The position numbers were made by a program, and so were the translations under genes. Below the pieces are notes generated by a model that was given only the letters and a program-made list of their open reading frames with translations, searched no databases and was not told the DNA's origin. 64,000 nucleotides of DNA, from positions 62,001-126,000 of the forward strand of contig JAPMXV010000038.1 in the NCBI GenBank assembly GCA_026936335.1, written 5' to 3'. The stretch comes from Mantamonas sphyraenae STR306. Its lineage: Eukaryota; Protista; CRuMs. Positions 57,031 through 64,000 of this stretch are shown here, one piece after another (position 1 is the first letter of the stretch; every line of letters begins with the position of its first letter).

Positions 57031-60000
57031 ATGCGCCGCTTGTTGCTGTTGCTGCTGCTGTTCCTGGCAGTCCACGCACAGTACAACCACATCTTCGTCC
57101 CGCCTCCAGGGGTTGGGGGGCAATTCACCACGTTCGCCCCAGCTCCTCCGGGCATGGATACCTTTGTGCTTGGGTGTGGGTCTGTGTATGGCACCATAGG
57201 GGCTCGCACAGACCCATACCGCGGCAACTCGGACGCATGGATCGCCGGCATCTCCGCACAGGGCGAGGTCCTCTTTTCTGTGCCCCTCCCCAACACAAAC
57301 CAGGACGAGTACGTGACAGATATTCGACACATAACTTCAACTCGGTACAGTGCTATCGTGAGGCACGACCCACCCGCAGGCCGCCAGTCCATGGATTCGA
57401 ACACGTTGTCCACGTACACCTTTGTTTCCGTCCAACTCAATCAGGACCCGCAGTTCCCAGGTGTCCTCTCCACAAACCAGGTGGCCCTGACCCCAGGCCT
57501 TGACTACGTGACCGTCTTGGAAACCAACGGTGGCCAGGCCCAGGTGGCGACCACAATCGCGAATGTTGCACCCCCGTTCGGATTGCCCTCCTACGGCGGG
57601 TCTGACATCTATTTGGCCGCGTATGTGACCGACACCTCGGGGACCAATTTCAAACGATCCATTTTGGGCACTCCCGGAAGGGACATGGCGCTTGGAGCGG
57701 TTGTGGACAACACCGCTCACACTCTCATGCTGGCTGGCACCTCCAATGGCAACTTTCCCTGCTCCACCTGCGACACCATTAATGAGAATCAACTGTGGGT
57801 GGCTTGGTTCACACTTGTGGTGGACGATGTTCACACTCTTTCGTCGCCGGAGCACGTGGTTACCGTGAACCAGACCTACTTTGGTGGCAGCCAGCGTGGG
57901 GCTTCTCCCTTTCGCCCTTCCGCTGTGGCCATATCCGCACCCAGGAATGCTGTCTTCTTTGTGGGTCCTTCCGACCTCGACAGTGGTACCGGTGTGGGCG
58001 TGTTGCGTGTGGACAAGTCCCACCAAACCCCCGTCTGGTTTGTCACCGTTCCGCTTCCCATTGCGGTGGTCAGCGAGGCACTGGTGGATGAATCCACCAA
58101 TCTCGTGTGGATTTCCGGGCGCTGGTCCAACAGGGGCCTCGAGTGGAAGTCGTTTGTGGCTGCCTTCCACACGGAAACCGGGGCCATCGTACGCGCCCGT
58201 TTTCCACCTCATCCTGGGACAGCGTTTGGGTTACGGCCATGACTGTATTCGATGGCTATCCCCTGGTGGCTGGCTCGTTCAACAATGTGATGAACTTCAA
58301 TGGCACGACGTTGTCGCCTGGGGTGCCTGCCCTCGAGGCCTCCAACCTTGCCATCGACTACTATTCCACCAACGCCTACGCCGTGGCAGACACCATCAAC
58401 ACAGCTTCACTTCGGGTCAACGACGATGGCACGTACAAGTACAGAGGCCAGCCAACGTACATCATCCACACCAACTTCAGCACACACCACGCCGAGTTGG
58501 TACGCCGTGTACCCGACGCTCTCCTCCAGGACAACACCGTCCTGCTGGCTGTCTCCAACGGCGGTCGCAGCGTCGTCGTCACCTCTCCACGAGCTCCCTT
58601 CCTGTACGACGTGTTGGACAACGATCGAACCATCAAGTACGACGATTCCATCTCCCTGACGATACACAACACCGCCTTCCTGGGCAGCCCCGACCAGCAA
58701 GGCTTCCTGCTGGCCACCACGCGGCAACGCAATGTCACCACATACCAAACCGAATGTCTGTACCTCAACAGCAGCTTGCACGTGACCCACCGCGCCACAC
58801 TGGGTTACACCATGGCCGATGTCGTCATGGCCATGGCTGTGGATCACACCACCAACACCACCGTGGTCGTGCTGCCCTCTCTCTCCCTGCAACGACTGGA
58901 CCCATACGGTGCTCTCATGGGTCCTCGCAGTCCCGCACGAGGTGCTCGCGCCTTTGTGGCCCCTGGTGATTTTGATTCCCTGGATCCCGTGCTTGCTGTG
59001 GACGCACACGCCAATCTCACCGCTGTCCTACAGCAAGGACAGGTGCATGCCTTCAACGACGCCTTTGCCCCGTTGTGGTCCGCCGGTGTCCCTGCCGAGT
59101 CGGCAGGGTTGGCCCTGGATGCCGATGGTACCGTGTGGGTCGTGGGACGCAGTGGCACCAAGCAGGACTTTGGGGTCATCAACAACGTAGCCTCCTTCGT
59201 GATGCGTATCGATCGCAAGTCTGGTGCCGTGTCGTCGTCCCGCTTGTTTCAAAGTGCCTCGATAACACACATGGCCTTTCACAGCTCCGGGCTGCCCACG
59301 CTGGCCTTGAACCAGGGCATCTCCGATAACAACATGGTGGCTGTCCCTAACCTGGTCTACATGGGCTGTCTGCCAGGGTACGGCATGGTGGGTGAATATG
59401 GCAGCGCTCCTTTGGGAACTTGCCTCCCGTGCAGCGTGGGCCTGTACCAGAATGACACCGGCACACTGGAAAAGTCGGTGTTCTGCCAACAGTGTGTCCG
59501 AGGCACGATGAACTCGGGAGTAACCAACACCGATTGTCCCGAAACATACGCTGCCGTATCGGACATCGAACCGAGGCTGACGCTGCTGGGTCCCCACGAG
59601 AATGCTCTCTTCAACATCACCGGCCTGAAACTGGATGCCAGCACCATTCCGACATTGCAACTGTTCAACGGTTCCTGGTCTCCATTCCGCGATTGTGAGC
59701 CCCTGCCCGACTTGAAGCCGTCGGGTTTGCGCTGCAAGGGTCCACTCGGTGTCCAGTTTCCAAACACTCACCAAGTGCTGCTGCAAGCCAATGTGTACAA
59801 CAGACCCTCCAACTTGGGCAGGTTCATCCTGCTGGGCTTCATGAACATGCGCAGTGTGTCGCCTTCCACTGTGCCTGTGGGCGACAAGGCAGGTCGTCCC
59901 CAGTTCCTGATTAGAATCTCCAACGCGGCAGACATAATGTTCTACAAGAGCTATCTGTACCTTGACCTGCTGCCAACGAGCAACTGTGGCACAGAACCTC

Positions 60001-63000
60001 CGCGCAGGATCCCTGCCCTCGTGGTCGGCGTTGATGGGGCCAGCTTTGACGGTTTGGCTGATCTGCCCCAGATGCAAAGTGTCCAAGTGTGCACATACAC
60101 TCTGGTGGCTGTGGTGGCTCCCCCGAACCAGCCAGAATTGCGGCAAAACACCACGCTGACCCTGCGCACGCACAACTTGCCCGTGTTGACCCCCAACGCC
60201 TACTCGCTGAGTCTCGCGGGTGGCTTGTTACACCTGTCCGGCTCCAATCTGTTCTCCACGGCAGAGACGGGCTTTCATCCGCGACTGCTACTGCTGTACA
60301 CAGCGAGAGACTCGATGGAGGTTACGGTGTCGGATTGCAACAGCACAACCACGTCCTTGACCTGCATGGTGCCTCCACTTACCATCGTTGGACGCACAGT
60401 GCCCGCAGTGGCATCCATGGGCGATTCGGTGGCCGTGACCATCCCCCAGGTCAGCGTGGCCATCACCGAAATCCACTCCCAGTTCTGTTCCTCCGACATC
60501 GAACCGCCCGTGAGCAAGCAGGCACGCGATGAAATGAGCCATCCCTTGTATCTACCTCGACTCAACGGCACCGTGCGCGTGATCAACCCGGTGTCAGGCA
60601 CCACGAGCAGTTTGGATTTGTCCAGCAATGATATGTGCTGCGAGGCAAAGTCTTACCAGGGAACCCAATGTGGAGCCATGCTGCGTCCCCAGGGTGGCTA
60701 CGTGCGTGTGGACCTGGACGGCGGTGCACTTGTCAGCCAGGTCATTGTCTCCTGGCGCCGTCCATGCACAAGCCAACCCAAACTGATACGCGTGCACACC
60801 GTCCTACAAGGCGGCGGCTTGTACCTCACCCACAGTCGCATCTCCTGTCAAACCATATCGGGTGAGAACGATCTCTACGGCGTGTGTGCCATTAGCTTTC
60901 CCTTTCCGACCAGTGTGGCCGTGGAGATTCACGTGGAGAACGACACCACCAGCGGCGACAACACACCCCAATCCGACCAGTACTACTGGCTGTCCCACAT
61001 CGAAGTCCGTGGCTTGCCTCCAAACGTGCCTGTAGCTGTGATGGCCACCCTCGTGACGATCGACAACGGTTCACCCCAGTTCGCTACACCCATGTTGACA
61101 GCAAACTACAGCAGCGACGCATCCGACCGCATCTTTGCCTACGCAGCCTATTTCGACGCTGGCAACGTTCCGGTAGTCTCCATGACAGCCAATATCACCA
61201 CGCAGTTGGATGACCAACCTCCCGTGGAACTAATCTTCATGGATGACATCAACCCACCAAGAGCATTGCGCGTATCCCTGCCACCAAATGCCCCCGTGGG
61301 CATACATACCTTTCGTTTGTCCATTCCCACCCAACTTCGACCGTTTCCCAGCTCGGTTGCACAGTATTCGGTTGTACTCAAGGTGCAGATTGTACCTGGC
61401 AAGCCTTCGTCGGTGAACATTGCCATGCTGGATGCTGCGGGCAAGGCTGCACCGCGTTTGATCACTGTCCCTGCACAGGAACGCATCCAACTCGACTACA
61501 GCCTGCATTTGACAATCCGTGACGCTGGTTACAACGATTGTTCGGGTGCAGACAAGGAATCCCGCAACGCCATCTGCACATGGGGCCCCAATGGCCTCCT
61601 CCTTGGTCAGGCTCCCATCGAGAACGGCCATGGCATCATCCGCCCCCTTGTGCTCGTGCACCCGCCCCGCATTCAGCACAGAATCATGGTCACCGTCTAC
61701 TCCGCCTCCTCGCAGAATGTGTTGACATCTGCCGCGCTCGAAGACCCGAATTTCATCCAGGTGATCCTGGTTTGCCCAATTCCATCGTTGTGCGCAGCGG
61801 CCCTCGCCAGATCACCCTTTCGAACCAGTTTGCTTTCCCAGGCCCTAGCTTGATGCTGTATGACGTCACCGACTTTGCCGTCGCCGCTGACAAGACCTAC
61901 AACATTACGGCGACGTACAAACACCCACAGTTGGGCAACACATACACCGTGAAATCCACATGGAGCATCGGTGTCAAGGAGCTGTTGCTGCCCTCGCTGC
62001 CCGTGCTTGATCCTCCCCCCGCTGGCATTTACAATGTTCTCGTCAAGGACGACAACAAGAAACTCACTCCGGCAGAGACCTATGCAAAGGTCGCTTCGGG
62101 TCCCACCAACGCCTTCAAGGTATACTCCCCGGATGGAATTTACCAAGACTTGCCACGGTGGAAGCTGGGTGTGGACTGGAAGGTGCGCCTGCCAGAATTG
62201 CCTCTGGTGCCCCTGGACGTTTCATTGTATCCCACCTCCGTCCCTCCGACAGGCTATTCGGAGGAAGCTGGACGTCTCATCGGCTACGTGGAGTGTACGA
62301 CGCCGTACAAGTACATGGGCAACGAACGCGTGCGTTTCTCCACGCACATGTTGCTGCGCAACACCGTGGTCAGCCGGTCGAGTCGTACCCCCATGTGTGT
62401 GGGCCTGGGTGTGGGTGGGTACCCTCCCGTGGCCACAATGACCATTGAATGGAAGGCCGGTCCGCCACGCTATGTGCTGATCGACTGTCCCGGCAACTTG
62501 GTGGCCGCCGCAAAGACCCCCCTGGACTGCACTCTCAAAATGTCGGATGTGTCCAATCTGCCCGCCGATGTGTCGCTGTGGGATCGCTCCCGCCCCCCCG
62601 TGGACTTTGTGCTCAACCTGACGGCGTTGGATGGCGACCTGGACCAAAACCGTCGCAAGGTTCTGTCCACCTCACGTGCACATTGGAATGGGACCAGTGA
62701 GATGGTTTCCATGAACCAGGTGGTGTTGGACAAGCCCAGTGTGGGGCGTCGTGTGCTGGACGTGTACTTTGTCAACGAAAGCGCACGCTGGGATCCGTTT
62801 CTCGAGTTCAACGACCTCACGGTGGCCGCATACCCATTGATTGTGGTGGTGCCTGGGCCTCCCGTGCGCATGCGTGTGACCCAAGCGTATTGGAGTCACG
62901 TGACGGTGGCCACTGGCATCCCTGTGGCACCGTTGGATTGCTCGATTCTGCGGACAATCCCACGTGTGGAGCAGCCATGCCTGTGCTCACTGCAGACCTG

Positions 63001-64000
63001 GAGGGCACTTCCATCACCCAGGCGATGGACATCCAACCAGACCCGAATCCAAAGACGGGGGCAGTGTGTGCGTTGCAAACGAGCGGCAAGGGTACGGTGC
63101 AGCTGCAGTTTGGCACCACCTATCAGGTGCGTTTGGTGGACAACAGTGCGTTGAAGCTGCCTGTGGTGACAGTGCCCATGACCATGGCTTCGTGTGCCAC
63201 TGTCCACGGCGACGGATGGGTGCCGTGGGCCAGTGCCCCCGACGGATGTGCCTGTGCCCCGGGATCCAGATTGGACAACGACGGACGCTGTCGCACGTGT
63301 GTGCGTGGCACGTACCAACCCAGTGCCACGCTGGAAACAGAGTGTCGTCCCTGTCCCTATGGCACCACCAAGGATGCCGGTGCACGCAGTCTCGACGAGT
63401 GTCTGTGTGGCGTCAACGAGTACCTGTCCCAGGAGGTGGCCTCCAATGGCCAACACAAGTGTGTGCCCTGTCCCTCGCAGTTTGTGTGCGACGGTCGCCA
63501 CGCCGTGGTGGCCAAGGGCTTCTATCCCGACGCACGCAATGCCACCAATGCCTACCCGTGTCCAGTCACACACGCGTGTCAGGGCATGGGCAAGTGTGCA
63601 CAGGGCTACCAAGGTGTGTTGTGCTCCCAGTGTGCCTCGGACTATGGCCGTTCGGGCTCCCAGTGTCTGCATTGCGACTCGTTGGCCGTGGACATTTCCC
63701 TGTTGGTGCTGGGTGGTCTCGTGGCCATGGCAGTGATTGTGTGGTTCATTGTCCACTACCTTCGCCCGTCCAAGGTGTTGTACAACGTGGGCATGCGTGT
63801 GGAACGCAGTGTGTGGAACACCCCGCCCACCCTCGTGGTCAAGATCCTCCTCAATCACGTCCAGGCCATTTCTGTGTTCAGTTCCATCACCGTCAACTGG
63901 ACCCAGGCCTCCCACCAGCTCTTCACCGTCAGTGACACGGCCAACTTTGCCCTGGATGCGGCGCCCCTCAACTGCGTGGCCAGCAATCCCACCCTGGACC
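57031..64000 (+). CDS. Very large (>2300 aa) cell-surface protein: signal peptide, beta-propeller, Ig/IPT-like and Cys-rich repeats, multi-pass membrane C-terminus (truncated by window end; frame breaks near 58203, 61766, 62938)
   Basis: MRRLLLLLLLFLAVHA signal; SBBP-like blades; CxxCxxG repeats; C..GY.G.LC..C..DY.R.G..C then TM and KILLNHVQAISVF....VNW, typical of protist 7TM-like surface receptors. Confidence 0.75.

Noticed and set aside
1-64000. Alternative genetic code or stop-codon readthrough
   Set aside because: TAA, TAG and TGA all terminate conserved genes at expected positions; the interruptions are frame changes, not in-frame stops.

Overview
This is gene-dense, GC-rich (~60%) nuclear DNA from a flagellated microbial eukaryote. 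The evidence is short GT-AG spliceosomal introns with CTRAC/CTCAC branch points, plus CFAP299, ORC5, PRP3, MED17, TFIIA-gamma and nuclear-encoded mitochondrial proteins. The lineage cannot be fixed from the sequence alone. About 30 protein genes can be reconstructed. The centre is a ~16.8 kb palindrome: two ~7.05 kb inverted arms (~26795-33843 and ~36497-43553) around a 2.65 kb unique spacer holding bL33m and a UIM-WD40 gene. Each arm carries CFAP299, an F-box gene, a membrane-anchored haloalkane-dehalogenase/OleB-like hydrolase and two identical 118-nt 5S rRNA genes. Each 5S gene sits tail-to-tail with a member of a fast-diverging small 4-TM protein family that shares a phase-2 intron. Other highlights: an EMRE-like (mitochondrial Ca2+ uniporter regulator) small gene not correctly called by the ORF track; a 2375-aa receptor kinase whose membrane part looks like an XK/XKR scramblase domain; two tandem GPI-type surface proteins with reelin-like subrepeats; and a human-PMS1-type MutL. 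At least 13 apparent frameshifts interrupt conserved genes and are most likely long-read consensus deletions. All homology calls are from motif recall, not database searches.
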